A DNA stretch of 64,000 nucleotides. Origin: a virus. Of the stretch, positions 9,351 through 18,319 are shown one piece after another. Below the pieces are notes generated by a model. That model saw nothing but the letters and a program-made list of their open reading frames with translations, ran no database searches and was not told the origin of the DNA. The number at the start of each line of letters is the position of its first letter. The first letter of the stretch is position 1. The stretch lies in the IMG/VR virus record IMGVR_UViG_3300039355_000083. One strand, written 5' to 3'. A program made the translations under genes and the position numbers.

Positions 9351-10222
9351 TGAACAATATAAAATTTATTCAAATCCCTGAAGTATGCCCGATTTGTGGT
9401 AAGCCGGTGTCTGTTGTGAAAGAAAATGATTCTGAAGTATTGATGTGCATGAATGCTGGATGCAAAGGCAAGCTTCTGGGTGAATTAAATGCTTTTGTAG
9501 GGAAAAAGGCCCATGATATTAATGGATTATCTGAGGCCACATTGCAGCTATTGATTGATACTGGGCTTGTGGCATCACCAATTGATCTGTATTATTTGAA
9601 GGATCATTCTACAGAATTGTCCAGATTGCCTAGAATGGGAACAAAGAAAATTGCGAATATTTTAGATTCTATTGAGTCTAGTAGGAATACCACCATAGAA
9701 AAATTTATTGTAGGATTAAATATTCCGTTAATTGGTGGTAGAGCTGCAAAGGATATTGCTAGATATGAAGAAATAAGAACTAGGGAATCAGGAATACTCT
9801 ATCCATTTGAAACTTTTATTAAAGATGCTGCTTCTGATTTTAATTTTACCTGTATTGAAGGATTAGGGACGGAGCGAAATATTTCTATCCATAGATATTT
9901 TAAGGAAAATTATGATTACGTTATTGCTTTGGCAGAACAGTTCATATTTTCGAAACTTAATAATGATAAAATATCTTCTGAAAGCGATTCATTGTCCGGA
10001 AAGAAATTCTGTATCACTGGGAAGTTACATATTTTTGCTAACCGGGATGAACTTGTGGCGGATATAGAATCAAAAGGAGGGAAAGTTGTGTCCGGAGTTA
10101 CAAAGGCAACTGATTATCTAATTACCAATGATAAAAACAGTGGATCTAGTAAAAATAAGAAAGCTTCTGAGTTGAATATTCCTATTATCAGTGAAGAAGA
10201 ATACAAAAACAAATTAAATTAA
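9350..10222 (+). CDS. ligA: NAD-dependent DNA ligase, C-terminal fragment (Zn finger + HhH + BRCT)
   Basis: Cys4 Zn finger 'CPICGKP...CMNAGCKGK', helix-hairpin-helix region and BRCT-like 'GKKFCITGKL'. ATG at 9350 overlaps the HNH stop (TAATG) and follows RBS GGAGG. Confidence 0.75.
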   Translation: MNNIKFIQIPEVCPICGKPVSVVKENDSEVLMCMNAGCKGKLLGELNAFVGKKAHDINGLSEATLQLLIDTGLVASPIDLYYLKDHSTELSRLPRMGTKKIANILDSIESSRNTTIEKFIVGLNIPLIGGRAAKDIARYEEIRTRESGILYPFETFIKDAASDFNFTCIEGLGTERNISIHRYFKENYDYVIALAEQFIFSKLNNDKISSESDSLSGKKFCITGKLHIFANRDELVADIESKGGKVVSGVTKATDYLITNDKNSGSSKNKKASELNIPIISEEEYKNKLN

Positions 10223-10260
10223 CTTTTGCTATTGACAAATGCAAATAATGGTGATATAGT
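10210..10260 (+). promoter_or_regulatory. sigma-A/sigma-70-type promoter with upstream AT-rich UP-like box
   Basis: AAATTAAATTAACTTTTGC then TTGACA (10232-10237), a 17-nt spacer and TATAGT (10255-10260). Nearly identical to the cassettes at 20294 and 39131. Confidence 0.6.
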
Positions 10261-10308
10261 TGACCTATCAAAACAAATTAGATTAACTCAATCAGAAAGG
10301 CATGAACA

Positions 10309-10941
10309 ATGATATGTTACTATTTAAAAGGGAAAAATGGAGAGTACATCGCAAGAGATTCAACAGGAAGAATCAAATTAGTATCTGATCTTGCTGATGC
10401 ACTCTTGGTTCCTGAAATTGAAAAGAAAAAGATTAAGGCAATTCAAGCAAATAATATTCCAGACGTATTAAAAAAATTTGGACCATATGAAATTTGTGAA
10501 ACCGATTATAATGGAGTTGAAGCAATTACAACAGATGATATAGTTGGTGAAATTATCGGTAGTATAAATGAATTTTCAAGTAAGATGAATGAAATTACTG
10601 ATTATTCAAAAGAACTTAATTCTATTATTTCATATACTGATTTACAAATTTCAGATATTTTGCATTATATTGAATTTCATAAGTTTTCTGCGGCAGAAGG
10701 ATATAAATTATGCAAAAAGCTGCAAGAGATTTGTGATAGACGAAGAGAAGCTAAGAATAAGATGCAAATTATAAATACAATGAAAATTCAATCATGTGCG
10801 AGCGTTTTATCTGGAAGTGCTACTAAAAGAATAGAAAAAATTGTGCCAGATAAAAAGTATACTCCAAGAGTATTTGATGAATTGTTCAAAAAGAATCAGT
10901 CTCGAATAAGAAAAGAAAAATCAGTGAAAATAAAAATTTAA
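10309..10941 (+). CDS. hypothetical protein
   Basis: 210 aa ORF downstream of the 10232 promoter. Confidence 0.5.
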   Translation: MICYYLKGKNGEYIARDSTGRIKLVSDLADALLVPEIEKKKIKAIQANNIPDVLKKFGPYEICETDYNGVEAITTDDIVGEIIGSINEFSSKMNEITDYSKELNSIISYTDLQISDILHYIEFHKFSAAEGYKLCKKLQEICDRRREAKNKMQIINTMKIQSCASVLSGSATKRIEKIVPDKKYTPRVFDELFKKNQSRIRKEKSVKIKI

Positions 10942-10964
10942 TTAAACAATAAGGAGATAAAAAT

Positions 10965-13031
10965 ATGTTTAGAGATTTTGTAAAGGCAATCCAGAAAAAT
11001 TTACAGCAGATGTCTAAAGATTCTTCAAGATTATTCACAGTAAATGTGGACACCGAGGAGCTTTATAATTTATATCTGGATTCGTTTCCGGCAGGTACAA
11101 ATGAAATTTACAGAGAAAGAAGAGAATATGACTGCAGTTGCTGTAGACATTTTATCAGAGACGTTGGTAACGTTGTATCTATTAAAAATGGTGAGTTACA
11201 TACCATTTGGGGAATTAATCCAGTATCAGATGATAAATATAATGTAGTCGCAGCTGCGCTTGATGCCTATGTAAAACAGAAAGCGGTATCAGGGGTATTC
11301 CTCAAAAAAGAGAAACGAATTGGTACTCATGAAAATAGAGAAATGCTCCCGACAGGAAAAATTAATAAATACGAGCATTTCTTCGTAGATCTGCCAGAAA
11401 TTTGTATCTTTAAGGAATGTTATGGACATACACTTGAAGGTGATTTAAGTCAATTCAGAGATGTCCGTAATGTATTTAAACGTTCTCTTGATGAAATTAG
11501 TAAAGAAGCTGTAGATACTGTACTTGAACTGATTGCTCAAAATTCTTTATATAAAGGTGCCGAATGGAAAAAGCAACTTACTGAATTTAAGAATTATCAG
11601 AAAGAATATGGAAAGCTTACGGATAAACAGAAAGAACTTTGGATCTGGGAAAAGTCAATTTCTGCAGGTGCCGTTATCGGTAAGATTCGTAACCATAGCA
11701 TAGGAACATTGCTGGTGAATATTTCCGAAGGAATGGATCTTGACCTTGCCGTTAGAAAATATGAGCAGATTGTAGCCCCTGTAAATTATAAACGTCCAAA
11801 GGCAATTTTTACAAAGAAGATGCTTGAAAATGCAAAGAAGACTATTACAGAACTTGGTTATATGGATTCATTACAGAGAAGATTTGCTACCTTGGATGAT
11901 ATCACAGTGAACAATATACTTTTCTCTAATAAAGACGCAGCAAAGAGAATTACCGGCGCTATGGATTTGTTTGATGAAATGGAACAGGATGTTGCAATTG
12001 ATCCAAAACGATTCTCTAAGGTAGAGGAAATAAGTGCAGAAGATTTTATTAAGAATGTTTTGCCAGTGGCAAAGGAACTGGAAGTATACCTGGAGAATAA
12101 ACATATTCAAAATATGGTATCTTTGATTGCTCCAGAAGTTGCTGATGCGAAAACAATGTTCAAATGGAACAATGGAATGTCTTGGGCGTATACCGGTAAT
12201 ATTACAGATTCAGATATCAAAGAAAATGTAAAAGCTGCTGGTGGTTCAGTCACAGGCATTGTAAGATTTTCTATTCAATGGAATGACAAAGATGGAAAAG
12301 ATAATTCTGACCTTGACGCACATTGTATTGAACCAAAACGTGGAGAGCATATTTATTTTGGTCACAAAAAAGCACGATCCGGTGGAGAATTGGATATTGA
12401 TATTACTCAGCCAGTTGATCAGTGCTGGAATAGTAATGGAGTTGCCGTTGAAAATATTACATTTCCATCTAAAGAACGCATGATTCCTGGTACATATAAG
12501 TTTTTTGTACATCAGTTCGCATACAGAGGATCTCAGGGATTTAAAGCCGAAATCGAAGTAAATGGAGAAATTCATTCTTATGAATATAATACTCCAGTAC
12601 GTGGCGATGTAGATGTTGCAGAAGTAATTCTTGATCAGGCAGGTAATTTTAAAATTGTGGACAAACTTCCAGGAAATTGTTCTATGATCAGTAAAGATGT
12701 ATGGGGAATTAAAACTCTGCAGTTTACACCGGTATCTGTTGTATGCTACTCACCAAACTACTGGGATGAACAGAAGGGAATTGGTCATCAGCACTTATTC
12801 TTTATGCTGAAGGACTGCATCAATCCAGAAGAGCCGAATGGATATTATAATGAATTCTTGAAACCGGAACTTGAGCAGCATCGAAGAGTATTTGAAGCGC
12901 TTGGAGCGAAGGCACATGTAAAAGATATTGATGATCAGCTTTCTGGAGTAGGATTCTCCCTTACAAAGAGAAATGATTTGATTATTAAGGTAAAGGGTGC
13001 TACAGAGCGAGTATTAAAAATCAAATTCTAA
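10965..13031 (+). CDS. large hypothetical protein (688 aa)
   Basis: Long uninterrupted ORF with RBS AAGGAGATAA and an N-terminal Cys cluster 'DCSCCRHF'. No family recognised by eye. Confidence 0.55.
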   Translation: MFRDFVKAIQKNLQQMSKDSSRLFTVNVDTEELYNLYLDSFPAGTNEIYRERREYDCSCCRHFIRDVGNVVSIKNGELHTIWGINPVSDDKYNVVAAALDAYVKQKAVSGVFLKKEKRIGTHENREMLPTGKINKYEHFFVDLPEICIFKECYGHTLEGDLSQFRDVRNVFKRSLDEISKEAVDTVLELIAQNSLYKGAEWKKQLTEFKNYQKEYGKLTDKQKELWIWEKSISAGAVIGKIRNHSIGTLLVNISEGMDLDLAVRKYEQIVAPVNYKRPKAIFTKKMLENAKKTITELGYMDSLQRRFATLDDITVNNILFSNKDAAKRITGAMDLFDEMEQDVAIDPKRFSKVEEISAEDFIKNVLPVAKELEVYLENKHIQNMVSLIAPEVADAKTMFKWNNGMSWAYTGNITDSDIKENVKAAGGSVTGIVRFSIQWNDKDGKDNSDLDAHCIEPKRGEHIYFGHKKARSGGELDIDITQPVDQCWNSNGVAVENITFPSKERMIPGTYKFFVHQFAYRGSQGFKAEIEVNGEIHSYEYNTPVRGDVDVAEVILDQAGNFKIVDKLPGNCSMISKDVWGIKTLQFTPVSVVCYSPNYWDEQKGIGHQHLFFMLKDCINPEEPNGYYNEFLKPELEQHRRVFEALGAKAHVKDIDDQLSGVGFSLTKRNDLIIKVKGATERVLKIKF

Positions 13032-13064
13032 TACAATTTAATTAAACAAAGAAGGGAGAAAGTT

Positions 13065-13556
13065 ATGAAATTTAAAGAAGCATTTGAAGAAATGAAATCT
13101 GGAATTCCAGTAAAACTTCCGTCATGGGCGGGTTATTGGTGGTGGGATGAAGAATCCCAGACAATCCTTATGTACACAAAAGATGGCGGCTGTCTGGATA
13201 TAAGAGAAACACAGAATGTGGAGTATACGCTTCAGAATATTCTTTCCGATGAGTGGGTTTATGCGGATAGTCGGAACTGCCCAATACTTGGTGGAGAAGC
13301 AACATTCTCATTCGGAGAAGCGATTAAGTACCTGAAAAGAGGATTTAAAGTGGCACGTAAAGGCTGGAATGGAAAGAAACAGTACATTCAGCTTGCCACT
13401 GGGATTTCTTATAAGACTGCCGATAATGAGATTGTAAATTGTGAGCATGACGCAATCGGAAATAAAGCCATCGCTTTTGTAACATCTGGCGTACAGATGG
13501 GATGGCTTGCTACCCAGTCGGATATGCTCGCAGAAGACTGGATGTTTGTTAAATAA
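13065..13556 (+). CDS. tandem DUF2829-like protein (Tad2-like anti-Thoeris sponge candidate)
   Basis: Two copies of the DUF2829-style 'FxEAxxxxKxGxxVxRxxW' motif ('MKFKEAFEEMKSGIPVKLPSW' and 'FSFGEAIKYLKRGFKVARKGWNGKK'). C-terminal 'GWLATQSDMLAEDWMFV' matches the family hallmark 'WLxSQxDLLAEDW' as I recall it. Confidence 0.55.
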   Translation: MKFKEAFEEMKSGIPVKLPSWAGYWWWDEESQTILMYTKDGGCLDIRETQNVEYTLQNILSDEWVYADSRNCPILGGEATFSFGEAIKYLKRGFKVARKGWNGKKQYIQLATGISYKTADNEIVNCEHDAIGNKAIAFVTSGVQMGWLATQSDMLAEDWMFVK

Positions 13557-13562
13557 AATTAT

Positions 13563-13964
13563 ATGTATTGGAGGAATAAAAACATGGAACTTACAAATAT
13601 TTTTGAGGCGGCAACAAGATATAAATACAGATTCCCGTTCAAAGGAATGATTTCAGTAGAGGATTTATGGGATCTGAAATTACAGGATCTGGATTCAGTA
13701 TTTAAACTGCTGAATAAAGAGAAAAAACAGAGTGATGAAGAAAGTCTGTTACAGGTTAAATCTGAAGCAGACCAGGCGCTGGAAAATAAAATTCAGATTG
13801 TAAAATTCATCGTACAGGTAAAACAGGCAGAAGCTGCAGAGAGACTTGCTGCGAAAGATAAGAAAGAGCGTAATCAGAAGATTATGAGAATCATTGAGAG
13901 AAAGCAGAACGAAGCTCTGGAAGGCAAGAGTCTCGAAGAACTGACAGCCATGTTAGAGGAGTAA
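13563..13964 (+). CDS. hypothetical charged/coiled-coil protein
   Basis: 133 aa, K/E-rich. Confidence 0.45.
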   Translation: MYWRNKNMELTNIFEAATRYKYRFPFKGMISVEDLWDLKLQDLDSVFKLLNKEKKQSDEESLLQVKSEADQALENKIQIVKFIVQVKQAEAAERLAAKDKKERNQKIMRIIERKQNEALEGKSLEELTAMLEE

Positions 13965-13967
13965 TAT

Positions 13968-14141
13968 ATGGGAATACTCGGAGATATTGCGGCATTTCTG
14001 TTTATGGTGATTGTGATATTGATTTTACTACTAATTTTGTGTTTTATATGTGCTGCGGTATTAGCTGTAATTGTAGAAGCTATATACGAGGAAACCGGAA
14101 AATTAGAAGCTTTGTATAATATTTTACGCCATATTCTTTAA
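13968..14141 (+). CDS. small hydrophobic membrane protein (57 aa)
   Basis: Not in the ORF track. The product 'MGILGDIAAFLFMVIVILILLLILCFICAAVLAVIVEAIYEE...' is a single TM helix. Sits immediately upstream of the ABC permease. Confidence 0.4.
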   Translation: MGILGDIAAFLFMVIVILILLLILCFICAAVLAVIVEAIYEETGKLEALYNILRHIL

Positions 14142-14151
14142 GGGAAATAAA

Positions 14152-14898
14152 ATGAAAACATTTACAAAAAGAATTCTTTTACTTGCTTCGATACTCCTTA
14201 TTTGGAATATCACAGCAAAACACGTAAATCCCTTGTTCGTTCCGGAGCCAGTTACGGTATTTGATGATCTGATAGGCATGATACATACCGGACAGTTGAT
14301 TAAGGCAATTGAATATTCGTTTCTAAGAATAACTGCTGCTACATTTATATCTGGAGCAATAGCATTTCCTATAGCGATTCTGGTTTATAATTCCAGAATT
14401 GCTAAGGATATTCTTAATCCGATAATCAGTGTTATGCGATATATTCCGGTGACTGCATTTTATCCATTGCTTATTATGTGGTTCGGGATAGATGAAATGA
14501 TGAAAATTGTATTTTTGTTTATTGCAACATTCGTATATATGATGCCGTCAGTTGTATTATGCCTGGAGGAAGTGAACAACGATCTAATAGATACCGGACT
14601 TACAATTGGAATGAGCAAATTACAAACGATATGGAGAATCCAGATTCCGGCATCATTGCCAGGAGTATTAAATAGCTACATTATGATGTATGGAATTGGA
14701 TTTACATATATTGCAGTAGCTGAAACAATAAATGCTAAATATGGACTTGGATATATAATCCAGCAATCATCTTCCAGAGGAAGAACAGATTTAGTATTTA
14801 TGGCAATCATTATGATTATGATCATTAGTGTTATATTTGATTATGTGTCTAAATGGTTAGTAAGGAAGATTTTTAAATGGAGGTATATCAATGATTAA
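14152..14898 (+). CDS. ABC transporter permease (NitT/TauT, SsuC/TauC-like)
   Basis: 248 aa with about 6 predicted TM segments, BPD-transporter-like core, translationally coupled to the following ATPase. Confidence 0.7.
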   Translation: MKTFTKRILLLASILLIWNITAKHVNPLFVPEPVTVFDDLIGMIHTGQLIKAIEYSFLRITAATFISGAIAFPIAILVYNSRIAKDILNPIISVMRYIPVTAFYPLLIMWFGIDEMMKIVFLFIATFVYMMPSVVLCLEEVNNDLIDTGLTIGMSKLQTIWRIQIPASLPGVLNSYIMMYGIGFTYIAVAETINAKYGLGYIIQQSSSRGRTDLVFMAIIMIMIISVIFDYVSKWLVRKIFKWRYIND

Positions 14899-15502
14899 AA
14901 TTCATGATTTATACACAGGATACAGTAGAGATAAACCACTTTTATCTGGATTTAATTACAATTTTGATAATAAGATCTATGGGATCCTTGGAGAATCTGG
15001 ATGTGGAAAGACAACTTTGCTAAGGACTGTTGCAGGATTGCTCAAACCGTTATCTGGAGAAATTATCATAGATAATAATCCGGTTACAAAAGCAAGTAAA
15101 AATGAAATATATATGATGCATCAGAACTATACTTCTTTTGATTGGTTAAATTGTCTTGACAATATACTAATTGCTAAAAAAGTTAAAGGCCATGTAGAAC
15201 CAGAAGATATAGAAGCAGCTAAGAAGATGCTTTATTTAGTTGGTCTGAATGGAAACGAAAATAAATATCCTAAGCAGCTGTCTGGAGGCATGAAACAACG
15301 GCTTGCGTTAGCCAGGACGTTATTTGCAAAACCAAAGATTCTTTTAATGGATGAACCATTGTCAGCACTGGATGCTGAGACACGAAGTAATATGCAATTG
15401 TTAATTATGGATTTACATAGGTTACTTGATAATACTGTGATCATGGTCACACACAGTGAATCAGAAGCAAAGATAATGTGTGATGAAATATTGAAATTTT
15501 AG
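14891..15502 (+). CDS. ABC transporter ATP-binding protein
   Basis: Walker A 'GESGCGKTT', ABC signature 'LSGGMKQR' and Walker B 'ILLMDEP'. Confidence 0.85.
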   Translation: MIKIHDLYTGYSRDKPLLSGFNYNFDNKIYGILGESGCGKTTLLRTVAGLLKPLSGEIIIDNNPVTKASKNEIYMMHQNYTSFDWLNCLDNILIAKKVKGHVEPEDIEAAKKMLYLVGLNGNENKYPKQLSGGMKQRLALARTLFAKPKILLMDEPLSALDAETRSNMQLLIMDLHRLLDNTVIMVTHSESEAKIMCDEILKF

Positions 15503-15514
15503 GAAGGAAATACG

Positions 15515-16048
15515 ATGGGAATTTTAAAAAACTTATTTGTGGAAGAAATACCGGATGAGACGCCTGATATTCCAGATATAGATACTGATTTTGACACAAC
15601 TGAGACTGACGTAGAGCTTGATTCAGTCAACACTGACACTTTGATTGATGATATTTACAGCCAGAATAATCTGGCAGATAAAACACAGTCAATTTTTAAA
15701 GTGGAAGAGTTAATAAAATCATTTCCAAAGGAAATGACGACAGAAACAAAAAGAAATTCAGTATTGGCAACACTTGGTGTATTTGGCTTGACAGTGACTG
15801 ATGTTGAGGCAGATGGAGAAAAAAGAGTTGATGTTTTAAGCGACATTCTCTCAAAGATTATTTGTGATTCTGAAGCTGTTGTTACTGAAAAAGAAAATGC
15901 TATTGAAGAACACAAAATGGAAATCGAGCGTCTGGAAAAGGAAATTGCTGATCAAAGAGCTGAAACAAAAACATCTGATGAAACTATTACTGCTGAAATT
16001 GACAGAATTAAAAATTTAATTAACTTTACTGTTGGAGGAAATGCATAA
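15515..16048 (+). CDS. acidic hypothetical protein
   Basis: 177 aa, highly acidic D/E/T-rich N-terminus with a coiled-coil C-terminus. Confidence 0.45.
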   Translation: MGILKNLFVEEIPDETPDIPDIDTDFDTTETDVELDSVNTDTLIDDIYSQNNLADKTQSIFKVEELIKSFPKEMTTETKRNSVLATLGVFGLTVTDVEADGEKRVDVLSDILSKIICDSEAVVTEKENAIEEHKMEIERLEKEIADQRAETKTSDETITAEIDRIKNLINFTVGGNA

Positions 16049-16785
16049 TGGAACTTGGTAAACTGATTTTTATTGTTGTAGTGGTTGTTATTGTATTGAT
16101 ACTGATTCTGTTTCCGGAAGCAAGAAAATTACTGTCTGGATTTACTAGATTATTTATCAAAGATATGGCAACCACACCAGAAGGAGCAGAGGCTATCTAT
16201 GAAGAAAAAATTGACCAGGCTCAGGAATCTTATAATAAAGCGGATAATGCATATAAGATTGCTGCTGGAAAATTAAGCAATGCACAGAAAGATCTCGATA
16301 GGAAAAGAAAAAGACTTATTAATGTTGAAGCTGAGTGTGAATCTCTTGTGAAAACAAATCAAATCGAACTTGCACAGTTAAAAGCAGAGGAAAGAGAAGA
16401 AATTCTTTCAGATATCCGCAGAGTTACCGGTTTGGTAAATGCCTATAAAGAAGCTACGGCCGCTGCAAAAGAGACACAGGAAAGGTGTGAAAAGAATCTT
16501 AGAAGTCTAAAGCGTGAAAGTAAAGAAGTTGTGGAGAATATGAAGGTAAAGAAGCAGCTTCAGGAAGTCTATGATGATATGGATGAACTGAAAAATGTCA
16601 CGGTAACAGATAAATTGCTTGATTCTGTTCGAGATAAAAACAGAGATCTGGATGCTATTGTGGAAGGATCTAAAGTAGTACACAATAATAAGATGTCTAC
16701 CAAACTTGAAAAGGCTGAAGCGGAAGCAAAAAAGAATAACAGCAATGATTATCTGAACAGCTTGAAAAAGAAATATAATAAATAA
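16048..16785 (+). CDS. membrane-anchored PspA/IM30-like coiled-coil protein
   Basis: N-terminal TM helix 'LIFIVVVVVIVLILILF', then an amphipathic start 'FTRLFIKDM...' and a long coiled coil laid out like PspA/Vipp1 (ESCRT-III-like). Confidence 0.4.
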   Translation: MELGKLIFIVVVVVIVLILILFPEARKLLSGFTRLFIKDMATTPEGAEAIYEEKIDQAQESYNKADNAYKIAAGKLSNAQKDLDRKRKRLINVEAECESLVKTNQIELAQLKAEEREEILSDIRRVTGLVNAYKEATAAAKETQERCEKNLRSLKRESKEVVENMKVKKQLQEVYDDMDELKNVTVTDKLLDSVRDKNRDLDAIVEGSKVVHNNKMSTKLEKAEAEAKKNNSNDYLNSLKKKYNK

Positions 16786-16796
16786 GGAGTAGTAAA

Positions 16797-17084
16797 ATGA
16801 AGAAAGCAAAAAGATTTAGATTAACTAAAGCAGCAAAAATTCTGATTATGGTTCTGATTGTAGCACTGCTTGGAGGAGGTATCTTTGCAGGAACACAGAC
16901 TGGAATGATTCAGACGAAGAAAGATAAATCAGTATCCGGTACTACTACATCAGAAACAGTCGCTAAAACAGAATCTACTTCAAATAATGAGGATGATGAC
17001 AAGAAAAACACTGTAAAGAAAGATGAAGCGAAAACTGCTGATGATAATGTTATTAATGTGTCATTAGATGAATGGATTGGTTAA
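16797..17084 (+). CDS. exon 1 of the substrate-binding lipoprotein/OmpA-fusion gene (signal anchor + linker)
   Basis: N-terminal TM/signal anchor 'ILIMVLIVALLGGGIFAG' followed by a T/S/D/K-rich linker. Ends '...DEWIG' directly at the proposed intron 5' splice site. Confidence 0.5.
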   Translation: MKKAKRFRLTKAAKILIMVLIVALLGGGIFAGTQTGMIQTKKDKSVSGTTTSETVAKTESTSNNEDDDKKNTVKKDEAKTADDNVINVSLDEWIG

Positions 17085-18319
17085 TTTCTAGCCCTTTTAC
17101 ATTGGTGACAATGTGATCGAACGCCTTTGAATTGCTGGAATTAAGGCTATACACGTAGCCACCCTAAAGCTTACTAAACTACAACATAATGATGAAATAC
17201 GCATAAGTGTGAATGTGGCGAAAGCAGAAAAAATTAGTAAGATGGCATAAGCTGAAATAAAAGCTTTTTCATTGAAATATGAGAAGGTGCTAAGTGCTGT
17301 AAGAATGGGGAATCAGCTTCCAAAATCCGAACAGGATAAGGTTCAACGAGTAAGAGCTTTTAAATTCGTTAAAGCCAGTGGAGGCGCATCTTATAAAAGA
17401 TGGTGATGTATTCTAATCTATATTGAAAAATATAGTGTTGTAACGTGTAAGGAGAATATAAAGAATTGGAGAAATATGTATACAAAATAGAGAATAACAT
17501 AAATCATAAGATTTATATAGGACAAACTAATAATTTAGAAAGACGTATTAAAGAGCATCGGCATGATAAACGCATGAATCATCCTATCTATAATGCAATA
17601 CATAAATATGGATGGGATAATTTTTCGGTAGAAACATTATATTTCGGAGAAGATTATAATACAAAAGAAAAGGAATATATTAAATTATATCGCAGTAATG
17701 AGAAAGAGTTCGGATATAATATTCAAAATGGTGGGCAAGATAGTTCTGGAGAAAATAATCCGCAAAGTAAGTTAACACAACAGCAGGTTGATTTATTGAT
17801 GAAAGATTTAAAAGAAACGAACGTTGAATTTGATAAGCTTGCCGAAAAGTATAATGTATCAATAAAAACTATTCGAAATGTTAATACCGGAATAGCTTGG
17901 AGAAAAAATGATATCACTTATCCTATCAGAGAACCTTTAATATGTCCATCTATAAATCATGAAAAAATTAAATTAATCAAAAAAATGTTACGAGATGGCT
18001 TTTATAGTATAGACTATATTGCTAGAATGTTTAAAGTAGAAAGATATGTAATTTTAAACATTAATAAAGGTGTTACATATTATGATGAAAACGATGAATA
18101 TCCTATCAGAGAATTAGGATTAACTCATGATGAATTAGAAGAAATTATTAAATTGTTAGAAGATCCTAGCATTCCTATGAAGTATATTGCTAAATTATAT
18201 GGTCGAGCTGTTACTCAGATTTATAGAATTAATAATGGTGGCAGTTGGCATAATCCAAATATAAAATATCCTATACGGAAATCAACAGTTCAGCGTAACG
18301 AACTGAATCAATAGTAATG
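17082..18319 (+). mobile_element. candidate group I intron carrying a GIY-YIG homing endonuclease ORF
   Basis: GC-enriched ~380-nt non-coding core (17085-17465) carrying group-I P/Q/R/S-like elements ('AATGGGGAATCAGC', 'AATCCGAACAGG', 'GTTCAACGAGTAAG', 'AAAAATATAGTG'). A P1 hairpin GGTTA/TAGCC pairs U17081 with G17091. A G at 18314 or 18319 gives an in-frame exon junction. Confidence 0.55.
17466..18314 (+). CDS. GIY-YIG homing endonuclease
   Basis: 'YVYKIENNINHKIYIGQTNNLERRIKEH' contains the GIY...YIG motif with the catalytic R/E. TTG start follows RBS AAGGAG. Confidence 0.8.
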   Translation: MEKYVYKIENNINHKIYIGQTNNLERRIKEHRHDKRMNHPIYNAIHKYGWDNFSVETLYFGEDYNTKEKEYIKLYRSNEKEFGYNIQNGGQDSSGENNPQSKLTQQQVDLLMKDLKETNVEFDKLAEKYNVSIKTIRNVNTGIAWRKNDITYPIREPLICPSINHEKIKLIKKMLRDGFYSIDYIARMFKVERYVILNINKGVTYYDENDEYPIRELGLTHDELEEIIKLLEDPSIPMKYIAKLYGRAVTQIYRINNGGSWHNPNIKYPIRKSTVQRNELNQ

